Shown piece by piece: positions 14,185-25,347 of a DNA stretch of 64,000 nt. The notes beneath the pieces are model-generated. The model had not been told where the DNA came from. It saw only the letters and a list, made by a program, of their open reading frames with translations, and made no database searches. The first letter of the stretch is position 1, and each line of letters opens with the position of its first letter. Position numbers and translations under genes: made by a program. This DNA comes from Anolis carolinensis (lineage: Eukaryota), in NCBI RefSeq assembly GCF_035594765.1, contig NC_085844.1, forward strand, positions 89,729,923 to 89,793,922, read 5' to 3'.

Positions 14185-14805
14185 GCTTTATTTTTGTACC
14201 CCTCCTCAATTTCCCTGAAGGGACTCAGGGTGGCCTACATATGGAAAAGTTCAATGGCTTCCAGATCAACTCATGCTCAAGCAGGGCATTCAGCAACAGA
14301 AGTCTGATAGACATCTGGCAATGGAGGCACTCTGCAGATGTTCAAACTGCAAATTAGTCCCTCTCCACCAACCATCCAGTGACCGTCTGGCTTTCTTTGT
14401 CCCTAAGTCAGGGGTTCTCAAACATTTTCAGTCACAGAGCCCTTTTTGAAGCAAAAGTTTCTTGTTGATACCCAAGAAATGATTATATATTGTATATTAT
14501 GTTATGTTTTATATATAATGTATACATATCAGGCATGGGCAAACGTTTGGACACATTGCATTTTAAAATTTGACAGACAGGTCAGGCCAGTGGCAAATGG
14601 ATAGAGAATGTCTGTGTGAACTATTTGAAAAAATGAACAAATTCCTATGCACACTGCAGATATCTCATTTGTGGTGCAAAAAAGAAAACAAAGGAAAGAA
14701 TGATACAAGATTTAAAATAAAGAACAATTTTAGTGGAATACCCCAGGGGCCATCCAATCTAACTCTAATCAAAGCACCCCTAACAGATGGCCACCCAGTC
14801 TTTGC

Positions 14806-14872
<67 letters not shown>

Positions 14873-15238
14873 GCAACTCCAGACACCATCCAATACAACC
14901 CCAAGGACTCCCCAGAGCACACTTTGAGAACCGCTGTTCTAAAGTTCAAAAGATAGAATAATAGCAATGGGAATAAAATGACTGGTAGCAATTTCAGCAT
15001 ATATCTATAAAGTGTTTAGTAAAAGCATCTCATTATTTTCACTGTTTTATGTTAATTCTTGTGTACAGAATCAATATAATAGGATGATTTGTAAATAAAA
15101 ACAATGCCTTCTATATTTTGTTTCAGATCAACATATGTGTTTAAAAGCAGTAGTGTAATAAATCAATTCATGCAACTTCTTCATCTTCTTCTTCATATTA
15201 TTATATTGTTATTTCTTTGTATTTAACAGGCAACTTAA
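6078..15238 (+). CDS. Gene A: two-SCR factor H-related secreted protein, 150 aa; join(6078-6141,8543-8725,13821-14017,15230-15238)
   Basis: Signal-peptide exon, SCR19-like and SCR20-like exons, then GCA ACT TAA. All introns GT-AG with phases 1,1,0; 453 nt with no internal stop. Confidence 0.82.
7150..7870 (-). mobile_element. L2 LINE 3' fragment
   Basis: DYCNMLYVGLPLK and RAFSVVAPRLWNSLP; (AAAT)n tail. Confidence 0.88.
7968..8145 (+). mobile_element. RTE/BovB LINE 3' end
   Basis: EGKRKRDRPRERWMDGILEVTG; (CAA)n tail. Confidence 0.85.
8543..8725 (+). CDS. Gene A exon 2: sushi domain, FH SCR19-like (CGRPPAIQHGD...YKCQPFY...CVNGNWTELPVCI)
   Basis: Four Cys plus Trp; ttgtag acceptor, G|gtatgg donor; 183 nt, phase 1/1. 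Confidence 0.93.
9396..9833 (+). mobile_element. Tc1/mariner-superfamily MITE
   Basis: TIR CAGTAGAGTCTCACTTATCCA with TA flanks; copies at 11644, 17494 and 56079. Confidence 0.9.
10704..10975. mobile_element. Nested MITEs: hAT-like outer element with a palindromic Harbinger-like insert (~10740-10882)
   Basis: Outer CAGGGGTTCCC...GGAACCACTG; inner GGCCCCTTCTACACTGCCATA...TATGGCAGTGTAGAAGAGGC with TTA flanks. Confidence 0.6.
11644..11986 (+). mobile_element. Tc1/mariner MITE inside the Helitron
   Basis: Same TIRs and TA flanks as 9396-9833. Confidence 0.88.
12699..12985 (-). mobile_element. Sauria SINE inside the Helitron
   Basis: (ACCTTT)n tail and body matching 35791-36123. Confidence 0.85.
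13821..14017 (+). CDS. Gene A exon 3: sushi domain, FH SCR20-like (PCIVTVEEMNRNNIQLKWREIEKLY...YPNCIP)
   Basis: NNIxLxW..KLY..VEFxC signature; ctcctctag acceptor, CCG|gtatgt donor; 197 nt. Confidence 0.93.
14133..14183. repeat. (AAC)n microsatellite; others are (AAT)n ~12522-12569, ~14806-14872, ~25298-25343; (TTTC)n ~19412-19450; (AAAG)n ~35610-35675; (AT)n ~45043-45085
   Basis: Directly visible; these explain the poly-N/I/L/Y/KERK ORFs. Confidence 0.95.
14410..14935. mobile_element. hAT-like composite MITE with internal (AAT)n
   Basis: CAGGGGTTCTCAAAC...TTTGAGAACCGCTG ends; TSD not clean. Confidence 0.5.
15230..15238 (+). CDS. Gene A terminal micro-exon (A-T-stop); AATAAA at 15412 and 15439
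   Basis: tttctttgtatttaacag|GCA ACT TAA, nearly the same context as gene B's tttgtgtttaacag|GCA TAT TGA. Confidence 0.7.
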   Translation, partial: AT

Positions 15239-16716
15239 CGAGAAGAGCAGAACACACAATTTCAGTAATGTATTTGGTCTTTCAGAGTCACTATTGATCA
15301 CATCAAATCAACATGCTTTTGCAAATATGTATATATGGACAGAAACCAGCCAAGGGGATAATCAGATGGAGCAGTGGACGCTGAAACCATAATATAAGTG
15401 GATTACTTTGAAATAAAATAGTGCAATGTTCTATATGAAATAAACATATATCACTCTGTGACCAATAGGATAACAGTAACACTCTCTCCAAGTTCTACTA
15501 TCTATTTCTAAGCTCAGTTCCAAAATAATCGAACAGTCTGGTTCATTCAATAGTTAAAAATCTGCAGCTCTCACTTTCTCTCTCTTTCTAATCATTAAGA
15601 AATTTGACCTTTATTTATGGTTAACTGCCTTCATGTTAACCTCAACTTATGAATGAGAGACATATAAGTCACCCTGTTATCAAGAGCCATACTCAGGTCT
15701 TGCAAACTCACGACCATGGCTTTCTTGATTGAGCCTATCTACCAGTAATGTGTTCCTCCCCTCCTACTGCTTTCTTCCTTAACATGCATTTTTGTTCAAT
15801 TACCCTTTTTTTCTTCCGTTCTCCTTTCCTTCTTTCTTATTGGATATGGAGAAATTGCTGATTATATGGGCACTTTATATATAATTGATAGTTTTTACTT
15901 TCTCTTCAACTTCATTGTAAGACTGTTTGCAGTTAGAACAGCTAGGAAACTGAATCATTGATCTTTGAGTTACAGTACATTGCCTATATATGTGCATTGC
16001 ATTGCTTTGGTTTTGCTAAATGATTATGGAGTTCCAATATTCTCATGTGGGCATCAAAATCTACATTATCATTTCTGTATTCAACATTGTATTTCAATAA
16101 ACCATTACATTTGTTTCAGTTATAATTCTACGTCTGTTTTTGTATGATTTGCTGGGGGGAAAATTCAACCTGAAATTAGCCATAACTATTCACAACTGAC
16201 TCCCAAGCAAAATGGGGAACGGTTGCTATGATTATTGAGTAATCACCTTACCATATTGACAGATTTCCCAGTCGTAGGACACCTCAGCCTCTTTTCAAGC
16301 ATGGAGAGGACATGTCCCAAGGTTGAAAAGAGGCTGAAATGTTTTGAAAGGAGAGAACCCTGAACAAGGGCCAGCAATTGTGTTCAGAGCTTCTACCTCT
16401 TATCACACTTTACTCCCATCTTTACAACTGAAAACCAGATGGGATGGGAACCATCAAAGGTTTCCTGTCCTGTTTCATTGCCCACCCATCAGCAGTCTCT
16501 TATATCCGATGGGGTTTGATGCAGAACAATATGATCCCATGGAAAGAAATGGTTTTAACCTGGATCATTGTCTCTTGTATCCTATGGGGTTTGGAGCAGA
16601 ACCATAGAATCCCATGGAAAGAACTGGTGTCAGTCTCCTTTAATGTAAGGGGCTTTGGGCAGGGCAGGGGGTCTTTTGGTTATTGGATATTGTTGTTTCT
16701 CCTGATTTACAAAAAG

Positions 16717-17059
16717 TAATACTGACCTTGTGATCAATGTAGGATGAATGTATTGAAAGCTCTTAAGTTTTCATATGTGAGTGTGATAGGAGGCAGAACT
16801 CCAAACGGGGCAATCCTCTCCCTTAAAGGGGCAGTCACCATGCTTTTCCCTCTCAATGTGACGAGGTGGTGATTGATAGTCTAACATACATTTGACTATC
16901 AATCACTACCTCATCATATTGAGAGGGGAAAGCATGGGTGACTGCCCCTTTAAGGGAGAAAATTGCCCCGTTTGGAGTTCTGCCTCCCATCACACTCACA
17001 TATGGAAACTTAAGAGCTTTCAATACATTCATCCTACATTTATCACAAGGTCAGTATTA
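16717..17059. repeat. Long near-perfect palindrome (~165-bp arms, ~12-nt loop), probably a foldback MITE
   Basis: TAATACTGACCTTGTG...GATAGTC / GACTATC...CACAAGGTCAGTATTA. Confidence 0.9.
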
Positions 17060-17493
17060 TTTTTTTATTTTACTGTAGTCCATATAAATGCTATATGGAA
17101 TATATCAATACAATTTGGCTATTCATCCTTTGCTCACCTAACATTCAGAGAAAATAGCAATACAGTATATGGAAGCCTTTTTGTGGTTAGCAATTTAAAA
17201 AACTGCATTCAGGCTTTGCAAAACGAAATCCTACACGGAAATATTTTAGTCCTTTCTAAGCTGTAGAATGGGGATGAAAAAATTGATGGAAAGATGCCTA
17301 CAAATTGTGGGTAGCCTAGTGATAATTTTTGCAACTTTTGGAAAAGAAGAATTTTATTTGGTTTATATCCTTTTTTATTGCACAATGACATCTTATCAAA
17401 TAAAGAATAAACATACAAGCACCACAGAGGAGACATTTCTCTCTTCTGCCTTTGAACAACAACAAAAACAACACCCTTTCCCTCTTAGGAATA

Positions 17494-17816
17494 CAGTAGA
17501 GTTTCACTTATCCAAGCTAAATGGGCTGGCAGAAGCTTGGATAAGCGAGTATCTTGGATAATAAGGAGGGATTAAGGAGAAGCCTATTAAACATCAAATT
17601 AGGTTATGATTTTACAAATTAAGCACCAAAACATCATGTTATACAACAAATTTGACAGAAAAAGTAGTTCAATATGCAGTAATGCCACATAGTAATTACT
17701 GTATTTATGAATTTAGCACCCAAAAATCACGATATATTGAAAACATTGACTACAAAAATGCATTGGATAATCCAGAACGTTGGATAAGTTAATGTTGGAT
17801 AAGTGAGACTCTACTG
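17494..17816 (+). mobile_element. Tc1/mariner MITE
   Basis: Same TIR family with TA flanks. Confidence 0.9.
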
Positions 17817-18705
17817 TACTTATTAATGAGAAGAAAAGTAGTAGAGTATATCCAAATGGCCAAGATGGCATAAGGGGAGGAATCAAAGATGAATTTACTT
17901 GAAAATGGACACTGGCCTTTGAGTATTTAAAGTATTTAAAAAAGAAGGCAAAAATAGATTTTGAAATAGCCTAATGGGGGATTTATTAGTGTAATGATAA
18001 GGACAGATTTTTGTTAGATACTAGTTCCATTTGATGTGATGTTGGAAGTCATGTGTGGTGTTTCACGCGTGGGAATAGGGAGACAGTGGGATAGGAAAAC
18101 AATACTTATATTTTGATATTTTGATTGTTGAATCTTGAAGATTGTATGTTGTTGCTGTTGTAGGTTCTCATATTACACAATAAAAATTATACAAAAAATT
18201 ATCAAAATTTTTTTAAAGGTAGTTACCAAGGCTGGAAGCTTGGGCTTCAACCAATCTGAGAAGCAGGACACTTGCTCTGAGAATTTACCCGACGGGTAAA
18301 AAATGCCACCCCACCCCCAAGCATAATTCAGGGGGAAATAAAGAAATGCTTTTTACAAAAGGGTATGATAGTTGAATTTCTGGAAACTCTTGAGTATCCT
18401 GTGACTTAGGGATAGTCTGAATAGCTGGATCAGGTCCAAATGGAACAAGGCATCGTTGTTCTTTCCCTGCACTTAGGAACACAGAAAAGGGATAGATCCT
18501 AGCAGGAAGAAGAGGGAAATTCCCCTACTTCTTCCTGATTGTATGGGCACCTTGTTCCAACACTGGCAGGAGTGCCTGTGTTACCAATTGACGTCCCCTT
18601 TTTCTTTTCCGATATCCAAAGGGGGTATCCAGAGCTGCTCTGGGTCCACCGGGGCTTCACTGCCCAATATAGGTCAGCCTCTGGTCTACAACTGCAAATA
18701 TATAG

Positions 18706-19042
18706 AGTTGCTGTGAGTTTTTCGGGCTATATGGCCATGTTCCAGAAGCATTCTCTCCTGACGTTTCACCCACATCTATGGCAGGCATCCTCAGAGGTTG
18801 TGGGGTCTGTTGGAAACTAGGCAAATGGGGTTTCTATATCTGTGGAATGTCCAGGTGGGAGATAGAACTCTTGTCTGTTTGAGGCAAGTTTGAATGTTGC
18901 AATTGGCCACCTTGATTAACATTGAATGGCTGTCATAGATGTGGGTGAAACATCAGGAGAGAATGCTTCTGGAAAATAGCCATACAGTCTGGAAAACAGC
19001 AACCTAGTTATTCCAGCCATGAAAGCCTTCGACAACACATTG
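18706..19042. mobile_element. Short Penelope insertion with inverted terminal-repeat halves
   Basis: 18706-18925 matches 42680-42880; 18930-19042 is the same repeat in opposite orientation. Confidence 0.85.
18757..18797 (-). ncRNA. Minimal type I hammerhead ribozyme motif (Penelope-derived)
   Basis: CCU-CUGAGGA-U-GCCUGC-loop-GUGGGU-GAAAC-GUC-AGG. Confidence 0.65.
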
Positions 19043-19411
19043 CAAATACATAGTATGGCTTTAATCACCCTGTAGTCACTCTCTTTGAACTGTAACTTGC
19101 AGGATCTTTCCATTCCCCAGTTAAAAACATTGTAAAAGAAACTCCTATGAAATAAATGGAGTTATTATAAGATGTTGGGTGATTTTAAGGCACATACTGT
19201 ACATACATCTCAGACCTGTAGCCTTGGAATGCAATTCCCATAATTCTTTAGATTTGTTGAGGTAGTCAACGTTTTTCTTCACTATGTGCACCTTTATCAT
19301 TTTAAAACGTGGCTTTAACAACCAAATGCTCCATATATCCTTATGTTGCCTGAGTTTCACCACCATTTTTTCACACCATGCCACATTTGCTTCTTTTCTT
19401 TTCTTTTTCCC

Positions 19412-19450
<39 letters not shown>

Positions 19451-20013
19451 TTTTGCTATGTTAATAGCAAACAAAGAAGAAAAATGATTACTGGAAAGGG
19501 AGGCATGACCTTTAAAACCCTATCTGATTTATTTGCTGATGGTTTGTGAACTTTATGTTGCAATAGGTTTGTGTTGACATGCTGCCATACCTATTACTAA
19601 TCTGGATATGTGGGAAAAGCTTTCATCATTCTTGTTTTATCATTCAGCTAAACCTTTGCTTATAATGATATGAAGTGTTTTTTTAACTGATAAAGAGTAT
19701 TTTTTTAAAAAAAATAGGTTCAGTAGGGGAAAATCTGTAAGATTCGGTTACAGATAATTAAAATATTGCAAGTGGTGCTTCCTTTTGGAAAGTGGGTCAT
19801 AAATTTTGTCCATTAAATACTAACTTGTATTTAGGATTGTAATATAACTGTTTCAATGGACAACCTCAGAAACCTGGGGGTCAGGGAATTTCTAATAGTA
19901 TAATGTATGTATTAATTTGTTATATGTGGTTTATGTAGTGTGTAATCTGTTTATTTGGCTATATGATGTTTTTGTTTAATGATATGTAATTTTTGCCGCT
20001 TTTAACCATTTAA

Positions 20014-20412
20014 CCAAAAGGTCCCAGGTTCAAACCCCGGGAGCGGCGGGAGTGGCCACTGTTAGCTCCAGCTTCTGCCAACTTAGCAGTTTGAAAATGT
20101 GCCAATATGAGTAGATCAATAGGTACCACTCCGGCGGGAAGGTAACGGCGCTCCATGCAGTCATGCCGGCCACATGACCTTGGAGGTATCTACAGACAAC
20201 GCTGGCTCTTCGGCTTAGAAATAGAGATGAGCACGAACCCCCAGAGTCAGACATGACTGGACTTAACGTCAGGGGGCTGGATGGCCATCTCTTGGGGGTG
20301 CTTTGAATGAGATTTTCCTCCTCCTTGCAGGGGATTGGACTGGATGGCCCATGAGGTCTCTTCCAACTCTACGATTCTATGATTCTATGAAACCTTTACC
20401 TTTACTTTTACC
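20014..20412 (+). mobile_element. 5'-truncated Sauria SINE with a CR1 3' tail (~20275-20389) nested before its ACCTTT tail
   Basis: SINE body match; TTAACCATT repeated on both flanks; insert ends in ATTCTATG repeats. Confidence 0.82.
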
Positions 20413-20664
20413 TTAACCATTGTACGCTGCTTTAAATCCCACCCATGGAAGAAAAGCGGAATATAAATAAATAAATAAATAAATAATACAAGCAACAACA
20501 GAATTTATTTACTTGTATTTCATCATTGTTTAATTAGTTAATGTATATCTCACTTTTTCCCAGCAAGGAGCGAAGCCATACATTAACAAACACAAGAGTA
20601 TTAACATATATATATTTAAAAATACCATAATTCTGTTTAAAAAAAAAACACAAGTTAAGAATAA

Positions 20665-20964
20665 TGGTACTGTTCATTTTCTGAGCAGAGGCCACAAAGG
20701 GGCACTAGAGAGAGAAATATAGTCCATTTTACAGGAGGGAAGGAGTTGTTCCCATGCTGTCTCTCAATTTTATTGGTTATCCCCCCCCCTCCATGTCATA
20801 CATGAGAGTTGTTTCCATGATGGGGACATGGGTGGGTGGATTGACAGGAAAACAGGGGGAAATGGTTTAACTCCTTCAACCTACCCTCCACCCCTGTAAA
20901 ATGGACTGTCCTTCTCTCTCTAGCGCCCCCTTGTGGCCTCTGCCCAGATTTTGGAACAGTACCA
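20665..20964. mobile_element. MITE with ~70-bp TIRs, each containing a CTCF-like motif
   Basis: TGGTACTGTTC...CCATTTTACAGG / CCTGTAAAATGG...GAACAGTACCA. Confidence 0.8.
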
Positions 20965-21007
20965 AAATATTTTTAAATGCACTGAAAACAACAAAGCAAC
21001 AGACATG

Positions 21008-21620
21008 CTGCTGCTCAGTCATTTAGTCGTCTCCGACTCTTCATGACATCATGGACCAGTCCATGCCAGAGCTCCCTGTCGGCCGTCACCGCCCCCAATT
21101 CCTTCAAGGTCAACCCAGTCACTTCAAGGATACCATCCATCCATCTCGCCCTTGGTCGGCCTCTCTTCCTTTTTCCTTCCATTTCCCCCAGCATCGTGAT
21201 CTTTTTCAAGCTTTTCTGTCTCCTCATGATGTGGCCAAAATACTTCAGCTTTGCCTCTAATATCCTTCCCTCCAGTGAGCAGCCGGGCATTATTTCCTGG
21301 AGGATGGACTGGTTGGATCTTCTTGCGGTCCAAGGCACTCTCAGGATTTTCCTCCAGCACCACAGTTCAAAAGCATCTCTCTTCCTTCGCTCAGCCTTCC
21401 TTATGGTCCAGCTCTCGCATCCATAGGTTACTATGGGAAATACCATTGCTTTGACTATGCGGACCTTCTTTGCCAGTGTGATGTCTCTGCTCTTCACTAT
21501 TTCGTCAAGGTTGGCCATTGCTCTCCTCCCAAGAAGTAAACATCTTCTGATTTCCTGACTGCAGTCTGCATCTGTAGTGATCTTCGAGCCTAGAAATATA
21601 AAGTCTGTCACTGCCTCCAC
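21008..21620 (-). mobile_element. RTE/BovB LINE 3' fragment
   Basis: ORF 21015-21653: FIFLGSKI, VTYGCESWT, LKYFGHIMRR, GRPRARWMD. Confidence 0.93.
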
Positions 21621-22244
21621 CCTTTTAAAATTCACCCTTTTAAAAATCTCCATCTGCTAGAAGAAATTAAAAATCAAAGGTCTAGTTAAATATAAAGTTA
21701 TCTGTCTCCTGTTGGACATTCTCAGCTGAAATCCTACATGGGGAGATGGACAATAAAGATTTTCTCCAGTGGAACTCTGCTCTCCCTTCCCTTTCCCACA
21801 AGAGTCATCTTCTGTCTGATCTCCCTGGCATGGCCATTAGGGAGGCAATGTTAGGGAGATCAGGGGAGATTCAGGGTGACCAGGAGAGATTCAGGGTGGC
21901 TGGGTAGAAGCTGGTAAAAATCTGTTTATGTTCTTATACTGCATGCATGCCAACAAAGACTGTTACTACACCAGCCAAAAAACTCAGAACTATCTTGCTC
22001 CAGAGCTATCACATATGCAGCATGCAGAGTCCACAGTCCTTTAGGAGTCCTACTAAGTTGACAGAGCATAGGCACTGATGTCCTGTCCTCCTAAGGGCCC
22101 TATCACAACTGTAAGCAGCTCCCCTGCAGATGCCATGCTGGTAACATTGCATCTGTTGAAGTCACAACAGGGTGCCCAGACCTGTGATCATCAGAAGCAA
22201 TGGCCCCAGTAAGGGTCTGCTGGTTTGCTTCCTGGAGCAGCTTC

Positions 22245-23001
22245 TGGCTGACTTGACCATGGTGGTCCATGCTCTGGTTACCTCAAGGATGGATTACTGT
22301 AATGCGCTCTAGGTGGGGCTGCCCTTGAAGACGGTCCGGAAACTGCAGTTGGTAGAACGGTCGGCAGCTAGGTTACTAACTGGAGCTGCTTACAGGGAGC
22401 GGTCAACCCCCTGTTCAAGTGGCTCCACTGGCTGCCGATAATATTCCAGGCCCAATTCAAGGTGTAGGTTATTACCTATAAAGCTCTAAACGGTTCAGGA
22501 CCTGCCTATCTTCATGACTGCGTCGTCCCCTATGAACCCACCCGATTGCTGAGATCCTCCGGGGAGGCCCTCCTCTCACTTCCACCCTCCTCACAACTGC
22601 GTTTGGTGGGGATGAGAGAGAGCGCCTTCTCGGCCGTGGCTCCCCAATTCTGGAACTCCCTCCCCAGGGAGATTAGGTTGGCTCCCTCTCTACCTTCCTT
22701 CAGGAAGCAACTGAAGACTTGGATGTTTCGGCAGGCCTTCGGAGATAGTCATTAATTAATCAGGCCCAGTGGGTTCTTAATAATTTATCCTGTTTTTATT
22801 ACAGTCTTACCATTTATGTGTTTTAAATGAAATTTTTATCCTGTATTGTTGTTTATATTGATATATTGTATTATTGTTTTATCTTTTTATATTGTGATTG
22901 TATTGTGTTGCTTATATTTTGTTCTTATGTTGTTTGGGCCACTGCCCCATGTAAGCCGCCCCGAGTCCCCGTGGGGAGATGGTGGCGGGATATAAATAAA
23001 G

Positions 23002-23053
<52 letters not shown>
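22245..23053 (+). mobile_element. L2 LINE 3' fragment with (TAT)n tail
   Basis: Highly similar to the 59014-59780 copy in opposite orientation. Confidence 0.9.
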
Positions 23054-23055
<2 letters not shown>

Positions 23056-23180
23056 GTAAAAACCCTTAAAAAGACTCTGAATTGCCCCGATCGTTTGCAC
23101 CGCCACAAAGAGTGAGATGGTTCTGTAGCTTTTGGGAAGCTCTACTGCACCCCTGTCTTTTTAAAAGTGTGGGACGTTAT

Positions 23181-23984
23181 CAGAGGCGGTCCAACCATAA
23201 GGCGAAATAGGCATTTGCCTGTGGCGCCATCATCCCGGGGGCACCAACGTCCTGGGAGGAGGGCACCACTCTCCACCTCCTTCTCTTTCGGGCCTTCCAG
23301 CGGCCGTGCTGGGCCGCCCGGCCAGCGCAGACCCACCTTCGCACCACGCAAGCCCACCTTTGGGGCCTTCAGAGATTGTGAGGTCTGTAGGAACTTGGAA
23401 GCTAGGTATGTGGGGTTTATATATCTGTAGAAGGTCCAGGGTGGGAGAAAGAACTTTTCTTTGAAGCAGGTGTGAATGTTGTAATTAATCACCTTGATTA
23501 GCATTTAATGGCCCTGTGGCTTCAAGGCCTGGCTTCTTCTTGCCTGGGAGAATCTTTTTTTGGGAGGAGTTAGCTGTCCCTGATTGTTTACTGTCTGGAT
23601 TTCTTCTGTTTTCAGAGTGTTGTTCTTTATTTATTGTCCTGATTTTAGAGTTTTTTTTAATACTGAGGGCTATTTGGGTTATCTAAGTCCACACTGCCCT
23701 ATATCCCTGTTCAATGTTTAGTGCTAAATTTGCAAATATAGTAATTCCTACATAACATTACCATGTATTGAACTGCTTTTTCTATTGATTTGTTGTAAAA
23801 CATGATGTTTTGGTGCTTAATTTTTAAAATCATAATGTAATTTGATGTTTTATAGGCTTTTCCTTTATACTTCCTTATTATCCAACATTTTCGCTTATCC
23901 AACGCTTTTATTTTTCAGTGATTGGTTTGGGGGGCGCCAAAATTCTGTTCGCCTACACTTGAAAAATACCTAGGGCCGGCTCTG
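23181..23984. mobile_element. Composite non-autonomous hAT element carrying Penelope and Tc1-MITE fragments
   Basis: TIR CAGAGGCGGTCC / GGGCCGGCTCTG; exact 8-bp TSD GACGTTAT. Confidence 0.88.
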
Positions 23985-24439
23985 GACGTTATGAAAAATT
24001 AGCCCTGTGCATCATGTGGACAGCTCGGAGTCCACTGACCGCCATCCATTCTCATTTGCACATGTAGATGGTCCCTAAAAACACTTTAGACATTGCACAA
24101 AAATCTGTTTGATTGAAAAAAAACACAAAAAGCTGCTGAACCAGAAGGCCATTTGGAAATATTTGTCTGATGTTCACTGATGGGTAATCATCAGCTTTAA
24201 TCATTCAGGTCAAAACTTCCCAGACCTTTTGTAAATAGCTTTGGGTTAATGTACCTCATTTCCATAAGCCTTCCCCCCTCTTTTGTTAAACTATTAAGCA
24301 AACTGCGGCAGCACACAAATAGAAGGGAAAATTCATAAAAACCAAATGAGAGCACTTTGTGAAATCATCCTCTGAAATAATTACTAACTGGAAGTAAAGA
24401 TTCTACTTTACAGACCAGTTGTAAGTTGTCTGGATCACT

Positions 24440-24503
24440 ATGAATTGCTGGCTGGTCTGTTCCATTGTATTTCTGCTGTCAGGATGTTGTATCTCACAAG
24501 ATG
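24440..24503 (+). CDS. Gene B exon 1: signal peptide MNCWLVCSIVFLLSGCCISQD
   Basis: Hydrophobic leader; donor G|gtaaga; paralogous to gene A exon 1. Confidence 0.82.
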
Positions 24504-25297
24504 GTAAGACATTTTTCCTAAGAGGAAATTCTTACTTCTAGAAATGTTATGTGTGTTTCTATGTGTATGTGTGAACGGAGAGGGGGTGTTACAAAAAATG
24601 TTGCTTAGTTTTCTTCCCTGAAAATTGAAAAAAATCTGGATTATGGAACATTTCTACTTAAAATGTTGAATTTATAATAAAGTAATATTTTATTCAAAAG
24701 AAAAGACAAAGTAGTAAAAATGATAATACATAAAGCATTTTATAATATCTAAAATGGTATAATAACATTCATTCATTCATTCATTTGCAGTAGCTGACAG
24801 CATTGTAATTCCTGGTCTTAATTTTCTTTTCTCGGTTCTTTTTATGGGACTGATTGCTTTAGGCCTGGCACTAGGGAGAACCAGAGGAGGAAAAATATTA
24901 CTTTAATTGTTTTCTAGTTTTTATGATTCCATCTGTTTACATTGTTCAAAACCCATCAAGTTGATTTCCGATCCATAAGGAGAGATTTCCAACTCACCCT
25001 ATTTTCAACAACCCTGCTCCAGGCCATGGCTTCCTTGACTGAGAGTGTAACTTTTGGTATTTTGAGTCAAAATGGGGTGAATCAGCTCCACAGTGGTGGC
25101 ATGATTTGTTATAAGGTGGCCTTGAACTTACTCCAACAAGCCAGAACCCAACTAGCAATGATCACCCAGAAGATCTTTTCATCTGTTTTATTTGGGGTTA
25201 TGATGTTGTGCTTTTGTGTCATGTAATTTCTGGGTTTTTGTAACCATTGTTCACCACTTTGAATCCCACCCATGGAAGAAAAGCAGGGTAGAAATGA

Positions 25298-25347
<50 letters not shown>

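Noticed and set aside
12394-15000. Poly-L/Y/N/I ORFs (also the KERK and SL/RE ORFs elsewhere)
   Set aside because: Translations of microsatellites.
17820-18200. Possible old L1 3' remnants (also ~13180-13560 and ~19640-19900)
   Set aside because: Too degraded to define motifs or boundaries.
24180-24400. HNF1/CEBP-like liver promoter motifs upstream of genes B and A (~5762)
   Set aside because: Several mismatches in AT-rich DNA; not distinguishable from chance by eye.
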